Virus record (IMG/VR): IMGVR_UViG_3300025131_008632
Coordinates: 1-53,873 of that record
Source: a virus
Lineage: Duplodnaviria; Caudoviricetes
Length of the DNA: 53,873 nucleotides
Strand: one strand, 5' to 3'
The position numbers and the translations under genes were made by a program. This document shows, piece by piece, positions 39,012 through 47,263 of the stretch (positions within the stretch are counted from its first letter, which is position 1; every line of letters begins with the position of its first letter). The notes below the pieces were generated by a model. It was not told where the DNA came from, made no database searches, and saw only the letters and a list, made by a program, of their open reading frames with translations.

Positions 39012-39488
39012 TTAACCCATTGCGATAACTGTGACCTGTATCTGGTCTTTTATAATAGATAATTTTACAACACTATACGTTATAGTCATAACTATATGCG
39101 CCAAGCCGTCTGCCGTAGTTGATGGATCAACAAAATTTGATTCAAATGTTTCTAACTCAACAAACGGCATCCACCTAATAGCTGCATTTTTAATTCTAAG
39201 CATAGCTTCAGTGTCAAAATCTTCTTTACTTGATAACTCACCAACAAGTTCCATAAGATTAGCGCCGAATGTGTATATTCCCACACGTTCACCAAAGTTT
39301 GTCTGAATAAGATTCCTTAAGTTGTCTTTAATCTGACTATTATTTGTAAAGTTCATTTCCAGCAAACCAGAGCGCTGAGTCCCGAATTCAAGCGGCGTCT
39401 TTATACCGATTGGTTTCGGGTCTAAAACCTCCGTGTATTTTCTGTCATCAACTTTTGTACCAACACTATTAAAGTCATAAACTGCCAT
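39012..39488 (-). CDS. Baseplate wedge/sheath-initiator protein (T4 gp25 / GPW-like)
   Basis: QIKDNLRNLIQTNFGERV...FGANL...IKNAAIRWMPFV is the gp25 signature. Confidence 0.9.
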   Translation of the reverse strand: MAVYDFNSVGTKVDDRKYTEVLDPKPIGIKTPLEFGTQRSGLLEMNFTNNSQIKDNLRNLIQTNFGERVGIYTFGANLMELVGELSSKEDFDTEAMLRIKNAAIRWMPFVELETFESNFVDPSTTADGLAHIVMTITYSVVKLSIIKDQIQVTVIAMG

Positions 39489-39504
39489 ACGTCACACCTG
39501 TAAC

Positions 39505-39511
39505 TAAATAT
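39505..39511 (-). promoter_or_regulatory. Putative late promoter ATATTTA (context GGTATATTTA) heading the baseplate operon
   Basis: 16 nt upstream of ATG 39488, followed by an AGGTG Shine-Dalgarno. Confidence 0.62.
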
Positions 39512-39575
39512 ACCAGAGAAGAAAATGACTGCACATATAAAATCATTTAAAAATTAAATCCATTATTTTACAACG

Positions 39576-39893
39576 TTACGCACGTAAAACGAGCCAGTCG
39601 GACCATGGGCCTGGAACTTGTTTATCAAACAATGACGCGGTCGTCTTTGTGACAATATCATCAGGATCAGCATTGCATATTTCAGATGCTGCACGAACAG
39701 CTTCACCTGAGGAAGGTTTAAAATCAAATATTTTTGATGCAAGCTCATATTCCATAAATCCATTTGCAAGCTTAAGCATTCCTGAGCTTCCTTCATTTTG
39801 CGCGTGTTTTAAAATATTTAAAACCACAATGATATGCTCATCAATATTTTTAATCTTTCTCTCAAGCTCTGAAACTTTTGAAGATGCTGCCAT
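39576..39893 (-). CDS. Hypothetical protein (probable start ATG 39893)
   Basis: GAGGG Shine-Dalgarno before MAASSKVSELERK; has its own sigma70-like promoter candidate. Confidence 0.6.
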   Translation of the reverse strand: MAASSKVSELERKIKNIDEHIIVVLNILKHAQNEGSSGMLKLANGFMEYELASKIFDFKPSSGEAVRAASEICNADPDDIVTKTTASLFDKQVPGPWSDWLVLRA

Positions 39894-39933
39894 ATTATAT
39901 GCCCTCACTTTTTAAAAGACAATAGCCTACACA

Positions 39934-39983
39934 ATCCTAACACGACAAAAATAGTCGTTAAAGGTTGACATAAAATCTGTCAA
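39934..39983 (-). promoter_or_regulatory. Sigma70-like promoter (TTTAAC-N17-TAGGAT, with TGn) overlapped and flanked by two inverted repeats with 7-nt spacers
   Basis: -35 at 39962-39957 and -10 at 39939-39934; ACGAC-N7-GTCGT at 39942-39958 and TTGACA-N7-TGTCAA at 39965-39983. Confidence 0.45.
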
Positions 39984-40001
39984 ATTGTCAATCGGCCAGT
40001 G

Positions 40002-40250
40002 TTACCACTTACCCTCAGGACATTTTTTTGACTTTGCATACACTATAGCTGGAAATACGCATGCACATTTTTTGCACATTCCCCAGAATAGTCTATTTTT
40101 GCTCCTTGCAATAACCTTTAAGTGTGGGCATGCAGTGCAGATATCAGCTCTTTTCTCAACCTCAATTTTTAGATCTTGATCAAAGTGTCGTCTGTCAATT
40201 GAACGCTTTATGTAATTAAGCCAGCCTTCATTTATATCTTTTATGGTCAT
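40002..40250 (-). CDS. Small Cys-rich metal-binding protein
   Basis: RADICTACPHL...CKKCAC...KCPEGKW; ATGA overlap with the upstream gene. Confidence 0.75.
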   Translation of the reverse strand: MTIKDINEGWLNYIKRSIDRRHFDQDLKIEVEKRADICTACPHLKVIARSKNRLFWGMCKKCACVFPAIVYAKSKKCPEGKW

Positions 40251-40828
40251 CCGGCTTCCGCTTCTTCTTCATCTTCGTCGCTTGGACAAACTGAGGTATC
40301 ACCACCGAGTGCAGCTGTAATTGCATCCATAGGGATCATTATAATGTCAGCGACACAACCCAGATCTATGTTAGGATCAAATCCGACGTCAATCAGTAAC
40401 TCAATGATTATTTCAACGGTTGGGACTGTAATTGATGGAAAATCCAGGACCATGTCTAAAACAATATTAATAGGTATAAGCAACATATTAATCACAATCT
40501 GTATCGCTGCATTTATGGAAAGCCCTAAGTCTATTGCAATTCCGCCTAGATCCAGATTTAACAGTATGTTGGGTAACTCAATGCCGCCCAGCTCAAATAA
40601 TATAAGCGGGTCAATCACAATATCTACAAAAAACTCTGGGAGTGTCAAAGCCAAGTCGATGGCTGCGGTGAGGTCGGGTGGGTTAAGTGACATGCATATG
40701 GGTTCAATAAGCTTCATTACAGACACCATCATCGCTTCAACGACTGGGTCCCAGAATGCAACAAATGTATCGTCACCCGCACTAAGACAGGTTGCTATAG
40801 GTGATGTTAGTCCTTCTCCTTCTGCCAT
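40247..40828 (-). CDS. Very hydrophobic and acidic, Pro-rich hypothetical protein downstream of the baseplate spike gene
   Basis: 193 aa with one Lys and no Arg or His; AGGGG Shine-Dalgarno. Confidence 0.65.
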   Translation of the reverse strand: MAEGEGLTSPIATCLSAGDDTFVAFWDPVVEAMMVSVMKLIEPICMSLNPPDLTAAIDLALTLPEFFVDIVIDPLILFELGGIELPNILLNLDLGGIAIDLGLSINAAIQIVINMLLIPINIVLDMVLDFPSITVPTVEIIIELLIDVGFDPNIDLGCVADIIMIPMDAITAALGGDTSVCPSDEDEEEAEAG

Positions 40829-40867
40829 TTCACGTCCCCTTGTAAATCAATTTCATGATCAAGTCTT

Positions 40868-42373
40868 TCACTTTAAAAACACACTGTTGCTTAGCGAGGC
40901 TTCGATATTGGAGTGGAGAACTATGAAGGCACCCATTAACTCATCCATACCAGGAATAGGTCCACCCATGTTTCCTCTTACAAGAGAGATTGCAGTTGAA
41001 GCGCTTCCAAGAAAAACTGTAAAGGCATGGAGCAAGTGATCACCCCTTACAGCCCTATTGCCTTCAGCACCTGTTCCATGGCCAGATGTGTATATACCGC
41101 CGGCGCCGTTCCCTTCGTCTGGACTAGACATGAGGCCGGGAGCAAGACTAGTGTATAGACCAGACGTATCCGTTGCCAATGTGGTTACCTCTGAAACAGT
41201 ATCGCCTGTGTCGTACCCTAGATAGATTTTTTCTGCGTCAATCGCGATCCTGTTGTCTGACAGAAGATTCACCTCACAAAAGCTGGCATCATCAGTACTC
41301 TTCTTGACTAACCTTATGCTTCCCGAATCTCTAGCAACAACCCTAACCTCATCAGACTTAACAGTAGTTGAGGCGACCCCTACTTTAGGGGGTACAATGT
41401 CGTCGCCAAATGCGTATGTTAATCCAAACAGATCGTCGACATTGGATTTCATAGAAACATATACTCTACTTAAGTCTGTCAAGAAATCAAGATCACCTTC
41501 AGCTGATGTTGCAATATCTACTTTCTTGTCTGTCTCTTCGTACTCTCTTGTGTTAGCAATCGGTGTTACTACATTACCTGACCCGACGCCTCGACCTGCA
41601 ACGATATCAATAGAACCCGCACCTAAAATAGTAGACCCTCCTTCAGACTTAGCTGCAATGTCTTCTGTTAGTGCAATAAGTGTATTATTTGATCCCTGTA
41701 GTACAAGATCTGAACAAACTTTTGAATATCTAGGGACTGGCTCACCTGTAAACTCTGTGGCAGTTAAAGGGCTAGCTTGATCAACTTTCGACTCCCATAC
41801 ATCATCACCGTCGTCAATGTTTCTAAATGCAAAAGCTGAAGTAACTATTTCCTCGAACCCATTTGGATTTTTTAAGACTCTACCTTCAACAGAAGTCCCG
41901 TTAGGGAACCCGGGAACATCTTCTACAGCAGTACCATCGATAATTTGCCTAATTTGGTCCTTTGCTGTAATTGGCGGTGTTCGCTCTTGACATGTATAGT
42001 TTAGATCATCAATGTTTATATTTGCTGAGACTCTTGTAATCCAGTAACCTAAGATATCTGCACCCACAGGTTCATTAGGAGCATTAGCATTCTCGTATAT
42101 GATGAATACACGCTCACCTGGTTTTATTGGCATTGCTAAATGCCCGGAAAAAAACGGGTAGAAAATTACTGGCTTATTATCTAAAGATGCTGTGCCGTCA
42201 GCATCAAGCCTAATAGCAGAAATAGCATTTCTCGGCATTTTATCACAAAATGTGTGATTACCCACTTTATTCTTAATGATATTTTTTTGTTTATCACTTA
42301 ATAGGGCTGGATTTGAGAACACATCAACTACAACAGCTTGATGCAAGACTCTTGTTAAATTAGAAATTGCCAC
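40868..42373 (-). CDS. Baseplate hub/central spike protein (gp5/gpV-like, no lysozyme domain seen)
   Basis: OB-fold-like FYPFF...PIKPGERVFII, DLVLQGSNNTLIAL, beta-rich middle, C-terminal AVRGDHL...LSNSVFLK; lies upstream of gp25. Confidence 0.65.
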   Translation of the reverse strand: MAISNLTRVLHQAVVVDVFSNPALLSDKQKNIIKNKVGNHTFCDKMPRNAISAIRLDADGTASLDNKPVIFYPFFSGHLAMPIKPGERVFIIYENANAPNEPVGADILGYWITRVSANINIDDLNYTCQERTPPITAKDQIRQIIDGTAVEDVPGFPNGTSVEGRVLKNPNGFEEIVTSAFAFRNIDDGDDVWESKVDQASPLTATEFTGEPVPRYSKVCSDLVLQGSNNTLIALTEDIAAKSEGGSTILGAGSIDIVAGRGVGSGNVVTPIANTREYEETDKKVDIATSAEGDLDFLTDLSRVYVSMKSNVDDLFGLTYAFGDDIVPPKVGVASTTVKSDEVRVVARDSGSIRLVKKSTDDASFCEVNLLSDNRIAIDAEKIYLGYDTGDTVSEVTTLATDTSGLYTSLAPGLMSSPDEGNGAGGIYTSGHGTGAEGNRAVRGDHLLHAFTVFLGSASTAISLVRGNMGGPIPGMDELMGAFIVLHSNIEASLSNSVFLK

Positions 42374-42388
42374 AAATTCACCCTTTAG

Positions 42389-42754
42389 TTATTCTATGAT
42401 CTTATCAAAAATTTCGTCTGGGTTAATTGTTGCTTGTTGATCTTCTGCTTTAGCAATTAACTCGGCGAGTCTTAAAATTTGATCATTTGATTTTGACATT
42501 CTTTCAAGGTATTTTGACATTGTTGCTCCAAACATTGCATGGTTTGCAGCATTTCCATGTGACTGTTGCAATAAATCTGTAAATAGCGTGTATGCGTTTT
42601 CTCTATCTGTTAACGCATTTTCATAAATTTCCTTCCACAGTAATTTTTTCTTATCAGCTGTGCTATCAAGACCATCTAATATCTCAGAAAAAGAGTTAAT
42701 TTTTTTATCTTTGGTCTGGATCGCATCAAGTGCATCATCAATTGCTTTTGTCAT
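42389..42754 (-). CDS. Helical hypothetical protein
   Basis: 121-aa ORF packed between the sigma-like and spike genes, with a GGGA Shine-Dalgarno. Confidence 0.65.
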   Translation of the reverse strand: MTKAIDDALDAIQTKDKKINSFSEILDGLDSTADKKKLLWKEIYENALTDRENAYTLFTDLLQQSHGNAANHAMFGATMSKYLERMSKSNDQILRLAELIAKAEDQQATINPDEIFDKIIE

Positions 42755-42762
42755 TAAATCCC

Positions 42763-43500
42763 CTAAAAGAATATATCAAAGTCATCGTTTTTTGCTAAAA
42801 TTCTATAATGTTTTCTAATAGATGACATTGCAATAGACAGCTGCTTAGGATTTAGATTTGATAAGTCTCGCATATACACAAAGACAGCCCGTTTATTTAA
42901 AAGATCAAGCTCATCAACTTTTTCAAATAGTGTTATTATAGCATCCATGCAAGCAATTTCGTTGTCGCTATTTAGTTTTTTTCTAATCTCTACCATCATT
43001 TTAGAAAGATTTTCTTTAGACTCTTGTATGATAATTCTATAGTCTTGTGCAGGACTTACGCTGTGATTTTCAATTTTAGTCTGGTCAGCTAAACTTAAAC
43101 ATGTGAGATCATCAATACAGACATGTCGCCTATTGCTTTTCATTTTTTGTTTGCTTCTAATAATCAACCAGTTTTTAGCAACTACATTAAAGTAAGAGAA
43201 TGCTTTTGTTCCCCTGGAAGGATCAAACTTATGAAGTGTTTCATACAAGAAAGAAACGCAATCGTTTCTTAGATCTTCATAAGAGCCATTAATTTTAGCA
43301 AAACCATGTATGAATATTAAATTTTCAACTAACTTATTAAAAGCAGGAAGAATATCAGCGACATAGATCTCAGATTTTTTATCTACACTTTCTTCATTTT
43401 GATATCTTACTATTGCTGCGTGTGTGTCTGCATTGAAATATAGATTCTTTTTTCCGCCCTTACGACGCACTCTTCTTGTTCTTTTTCTGACAATTGCCAC
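42763..43500 (-). CDS. Phage sigma factor, T4 gp55-like (late transcription)
   Basis: Sigma region-2-like YEDLRNDCVSFLYETLHKFDPSRGTKAFSYFNVVAKNWLI; small size; no clear region-4 helix-turn-helix. Confidence 0.75.
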   Translation of the reverse strand: MAIVRKRTRRVRRKGGKKNLYFNADTHAAIVRYQNEESVDKKSEIYVADILPAFNKLVENLIFIHGFAKINGSYEDLRNDCVSFLYETLHKFDPSRGTKAFSYFNVVAKNWLIIRSKQKMKSNRRHVCIDDLTCLSLADQTKIENHSVSPAQDYRIIIQESKENLSKMMVEIRKKLNSDNEIACMDAIITLFEKVDELDLLNKRAVFVYMRDLSNLNPKQLSIAMSSIRKHYRILAKNDDFDIFF

Positions 43501-43811
43501 TAACGTCTCTCCTCTTCAAAATTACTATCAGCGACTTCAACTTGCCCTAAGATATTTGCAACATAAAGAACTGCGTCTCTAGATCTGTTAATTTCATTTA
43601 TAACTTGTCTAACTTCAACACTATCAAAAAATACTGGTCGCTCTAAAATTTTAGTTACAGAAATAAAAGATTGATCTAAGGTATCAAGAGATTCTTCAAT
43701 ACTGTCTTGTACCTTAAGTAGCGATCTTACAAATCTTATATTAAAAAAAATAGATGATAATAGCAAACACGTCAAAACAGAAGCATACACTAAAAGCCAA
43801 CTAAATGTCAT
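43500..43811 (-). CDS. Small protein with an N-terminal transmembrane helix and a coiled-coil tail
   Basis: FSWLLVYASVLTCLLLSSIFFNI hydrophobic stretch; its stop overlaps the GTG of the sigma gene. Confidence 0.7.
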   Translation of the reverse strand: MTFSWLLVYASVLTCLLLSSIFFNIRFVRSLLKVQDSIEESLDTLDQSFISVTKILERPVFFDSVEVRQVINEINRSRDAVLYVANILGQVEVADSNFEEERR

Positions 43812-43813
43812 CT

Positions 43814-45007
43814 TCAGCTCTCGCTCTTAGAAGATGATATTTTAGCTGGCGATCTTGTATCTATTGCAGTATTATATGCTTCACATATTTTTTGTTGTGA
43901 AAAGTTTTGTCTAACTGATACCATTAAGCTTTTTGCCCATTCCCCCGGTATCTCATAATTATTTCTAAATTTTTTGATTTTCTTCTTAAAGTCATTTTCA
44001 ATGGGCTCAGCCCACTTAGCGCCTTCGACAAATATTCTATTATCAACTTTTGACTTGGGTATTTCAACAAGCTTATAGTGGACGGGTATGAATTTTTTCT
44101 TTTGTAAAAAATCTAAATGGCCAGACCAATTAGTGACTATAACGGGTAAACAGCTTGCTGCTGCTTCAAGAAGCGGTAAACCAAAACCCTCACCCCTTGT
44201 TAAACTAATAAATGCCCTAACAGAAGTGTCTTTATATAGAGATGAAATCTCTTCTCCTGTCAAATGGCCGTGAAGCAAATGTATTTTTGGATATGGGCCT
44301 TTTCTAACTTGCGATACAGTATCTTTAATCAATTTTTTTGTTAGCTGCTTATCTATCTTTGTATTTTTACCATGATTAGTTTTGATAATCAAGCCTACTT
44401 CTGGGTCATCTTTAAAAACATCACACATCCACTTTAATGTATTAAAAATATTTTTTCTATCAGTGTCTGCATGATCAGCTGTAAATTGACCTACAAGTAA
44501 AAAATTAAAACTTGTATCAAGTTTTAAATCAAGTTGTTCTTTGCTGTCTTTCTCAATTTGCTCATGAAAGCTTTCGTGTACAACAATTACTTCTGTTGAA
44601 ATATCACCAGTCCTCTCAAAAGTTTGTTTAACATGAGTTGACGGCACTATTACAAGATCCATCTTGTTGATACACTCAATCCATGCGGGATTACACAAAT
44701 CTGTCTCAACGCCAGCTGTAACACCCACATTGAAACGTGCTACTGAAGTATCCCATTCATCAGGAAGCTGCACCTGAAATGATATGTCAAACGCCTTGCC
44801 TTCTGGATTTGATCTTTTCATAACTTCACCGATCAGACCATCTTCAAATGTTGGATTAATCATCCAACTTGTTGTTCCCCAGTTAACAACATGTGTTGTA
44901 ACATCAAAGTCTTCTCTAGACAAAAGCCACTTAAAAATTTGTCGAGAATGCACTCCATATCCACTTACTGTCAAAAGTGGAGCTCTAATCAAAACTTTCT
45001 TTTTCAT
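43814..45007 (-). CDS. GT-B fold glycosyltransferase (GT4-like); probable start ATG 45007
   Basis: SGYGVHSR, RKN, and GEGFGLPLLEAAA...PVIVTNWSGHLDF (the ExxxxxxxE motif). Confidence 0.92.
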   Translation of the reverse strand: MKKKVLIRAPLLTVSGYGVHSRQIFKWLLSREDFDVTTHVVNWGTTSWMINPTFEDGLIGEVMKRSNPEGKAFDISFQVQLPDEWDTSVARFNVGVTAGVETDLCNPAWIECINKMDLVIVPSTHVKQTFERTGDISTEVIVVHESFHEQIEKDSKEQLDLKLDTSFNFLLVGQFTADHADTDRKNIFNTLKWMCDVFKDDPEVGLIIKTNHGKNTKIDKQLTKKLIKDTVSQVRKGPYPKIHLLHGHLTGEEISSLYKDTSVRAFISLTRGEGFGLPLLEAAASCLPVIVTNWSGHLDFLQKKKFIPVHYKLVEIPKSKVDNRIFVEGAKWAEPIENDFKKKIKKFRNNYEIPGEWAKSLMVSVRQNFSQQKICEAYNTAIDTRSPAKISSSKSES

Positions 45008-45028
45008 AAAATAACTTCCCAAGGGTTT

Positions 45029-46282
45029 TTAAAATGTCGTACAGTCATATGTCTGATATCTTTCTTTCCAGTTGTCAATACAATCACTTAGTGTTTCATG
45101 CCATAAATCAATTGTATCTTTAATATTGAACTCACTATTCACATATTCCCTGACTTTGATGCTCAATTCTTTCATATCTTTCTCAGGCAGGTCATACATT
45201 TTCATATATGCTGATGCTAGGTTGTCTGGTGTAGTGTAATCTTCATAGATATACGGCACCTGCTGACTCCCAACAAGTGTTTTAACATCAATATCAACAG
45301 CCACGCCATTTTCTGTTCCGTCTCTGTGGTTTACAACTTGTCTTGTCAATCCTCCGGTTTTAGCTGCAACAATTGGCGTGCCCGTTTGCATAGCTTCCAA
45401 TGTCGACAGACCGAAACCTTCTGCATAACTACAGTTTATACAAATATCTGCCACGTTATACAGGACATTCATCTTATCAAACTCGAGGCGATCTCTAGAA
45501 AATACTAGCTGATTTGAAATACCAAGTTGTTCAGCTACCATAAATAAGTTAGGCCCTTCAGGATCGAGTGGTTCTGTGTGCATTATTAATGTGGCGTTTC
45601 TATGACCATGTTTTTCTTCTAAGTTATCTAAGAATATTTTCCAAGAAGCAAGCAAGTCACCTGGTCGCTTTCTTTTTGCATTTCTATTTACCCAAATTGC
45701 AATAAAGTCGTCTTTCTTTTCTTCACCTAGTAAGCTAATTTTATTTTCCCTGATTATATCTTCATTAAGAGGATGAAAGAGATTATCGGGGACTGCGTGT
45801 GGTACAAAATTAGTCTTTTCAGGAAAATTTTCACTGCACATCTCATAAGTCAAATAAGAATGACAATTCAACAAATCAGTAGAATCATACAGTGAATCAT
45901 TAAATCTTGGCGTGGGTCTATTGTCCCAAACATGCCACCAGACAATTGGGCACATCTGGTGGATCTCGTCCTCCATTTCAAACAGCCAGATAAAAAATCT
46001 TGGATCTGTAAAAATAAGAATTGCATCAGGCTTTTCTGTTGCAAGTGCAACTCTAATTAAATCTGGTGAACCGAAACCATCAATAGGTTTGATGATCAAA
46101 TCATCGCTTACAACAATGGTATCATAATTAGTGTGCTTAAGCGCTGCTCCGAATTGTCTAAAAGTCCAGTCACCCTTTTCAATTAGTCCGTTTAAAAGAT
46201 GACGAGTTTGACAACCGACACCAGAAGTAGACAGTGCATGATCTGATAATACCAATACTTTCTTTTTTCTTTTTCCTTCCAA
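45029..46282 (-). CDS. GT-B fold glycosyltransferase (GT4-like)
   Basis: LSDH...SGVG, NRNAKRK, and EGFGLSTLEAMQTGTPIV. Confidence 0.92.
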   Translation of the reverse strand: MEGKRKKKVLVLSDHALSTSGVGCQTRHLLNGLIEKGDWTFRQFGAALKHTNYDTIVVSDDLIIKPIDGFGSPDLIRVALATEKPDAILIFTDPRFFIWLFEMEDEIHQMCPIVWWHVWDNRPTPRFNDSLYDSTDLLNCHSYLTYEMCSENFPEKTNFVPHAVPDNLFHPLNEDIIRENKISLLGEEKKDDFIAIWVNRNAKRKRPGDLLASWKIFLDNLEEKHGHRNATLIMHTEPLDPEGPNLFMVAEQLGISNQLVFSRDRLEFDKMNVLYNVADICINCSYAEGFGLSTLEAMQTGTPIVAAKTGGLTRQVVNHRDGTENGVAVDIDVKTLVGSQQVPYIYEDYTTPDNLASAYMKMYDLPEKDMKELSIKVREYVNSEFNIKDTIDLWHETLSDCIDNWKERYQTYDCTTF

Positions 46283-46322
46283 AATTATAACCCTTAAACT
46301 TCAATACTTGTCGCTAATTGTG

Positions 46323-46352
46323 ATAGTATCATATAATGACACTGCAGTTAAA
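46323..46352 (-). promoter_or_regulatory. Possible sigma70-like promoter (TTTAAC-N18, TGn-TACTAT) for the glycosyltransferase-sigma-spike block
   Basis: Intergenic; extended -10; the -35 matches the one at 39957-39962. Confidence 0.35.
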
Positions 46353-46354
46353 TT

Positions 46355-47191
46355 TTAAACACAATGCTCTGTATTCTTATATGAACAATAAGTGCAAGAA
46401 TTTCTATTTTTGAGAAATATTTTTTTTCTAACTGAAGAAATCATGTTGTTTAAAATCTTATTTGCTTTTTCTAGTGCCTTAGGCCCTACAGACACTGTTA
46501 CCAGTTCACAGATATTCCCTGGTTTACCCCCTCGTTTTAAAAGGATAAAACCACACCTTATGTCTTTAAGTGGAACAGAGTGCTTTCTAGACCAAAAATG
46601 TTTATATAATATTAGCTGAGCTGTCATTAGTATATCTTGCTTCTTCTGCCTTCGCCAACCATAAGACCCGGCAGTTTTCCAGTCAACAATCCAGTAATTG
46701 TAACCTTCGCCCTTTTTCTTCGGGACTTTTATAACGCCGTCAATATAACCCTTGAAGTTCAACTCTTTATTTTCAACTGTCTCATAAAGCATTTCCTCTG
46801 CTTCAAAGCATTCCCAGCTAGGAAAAGTCTCATCAAGAAATGATGGTACATCGTTCCACATATTTTCTGCCCACTGGCACCATGTGTCTATACCTACGTT
46901 TGATGATTTTAAGTACCAGCCTGGTTGCTTCGCTATCCATTCTGGATTATCAAAACCATATTTGTCCCAAGCTACTCTAATCTCTTTTAATATCTTTTCT
47001 TTGTCTATTGTCTTTGACTTTAGATATGTTTCGCACCCTTCGTGTACTGCAGTCCCAAAATCTAAAAAAGGTGAGGGTTCAAACATGTCTATTTTATCAA
47101 TATAGATTAGCTTATGTCTATAAGCGCACTCTTTCCAAGCTTTAACTTCTGAGAATGAAACGTGGGGTTTACCAGTAGGAAAATTTATCAT
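46355..47191 (-). CDS. Cas4/AddB-like PD-(D/E)xK exonuclease with four-Cys Fe-S ligands
   Basis: SFS...ECAY (first Cys), FGTAVH, FKGYIDG, IVDWKT, QLILY, and C-terminal CTYC...C. Confidence 0.88.
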   Translation of the reverse strand: MINFPTGKPHVSFSEVKAWKECAYRHKLIYIDKIDMFEPSPFLDFGTAVHEGCETYLKSKTIDKEKILKEIRVAWDKYGFDNPEWIAKQPGWYLKSSNVGIDTWCQWAENMWNDVPSFLDETFPSWECFEAEEMLYETVENKELNFKGYIDGVIKVPKKKGEGYNYWIVDWKTAGSYGWRRQKKQDILMTAQLILYKHFWSRKHSVPLKDIRCGFILLKRGGKPGNICELVTVSVGPKALEKANKILNNMISSVRKKIFLKNRNSCTYCSYKNTEHCV

Positions 47192-47197
47192 ATCTCT

Positions 47198-47226
47198 ATT
47201 ATATTACATTTATTTTAAATTGACAA
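47198..47226 (-). promoter_or_regulatory. Near-consensus sigma70 promoter TTGTCA-N17-TATAAT predicting a leaderless transcript
   Basis: -35 at 47226-47221 and -10 at 47203-47198; only 6 nt (AGAGAT) lie between the -10 and ATG 47191. Confidence 0.7.
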
Positions 47227-47263
47227 CCTTGTTTTGCATTGTCGTTGATAGAATTCAAAAGGA

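Noticed and set aside
40344-41780. Long plus-strand ORFs (231 aa, 175 aa) and the many other short plus-strand or nested ORFs in the track
   Set aside because: They are antisense or off-frame shadows of well-supported minus-strand genes, with no motifs or translation signals.
37112-42373. Bacterial contractile injection system (T6SS/eCIS) or a prophage in a chromosome
   Set aside because: The flanks hold phage-type replication genes and a gp55-like sigma factor in one strand-uniform block, with no housekeeping genes, integrase or membrane complex genes.
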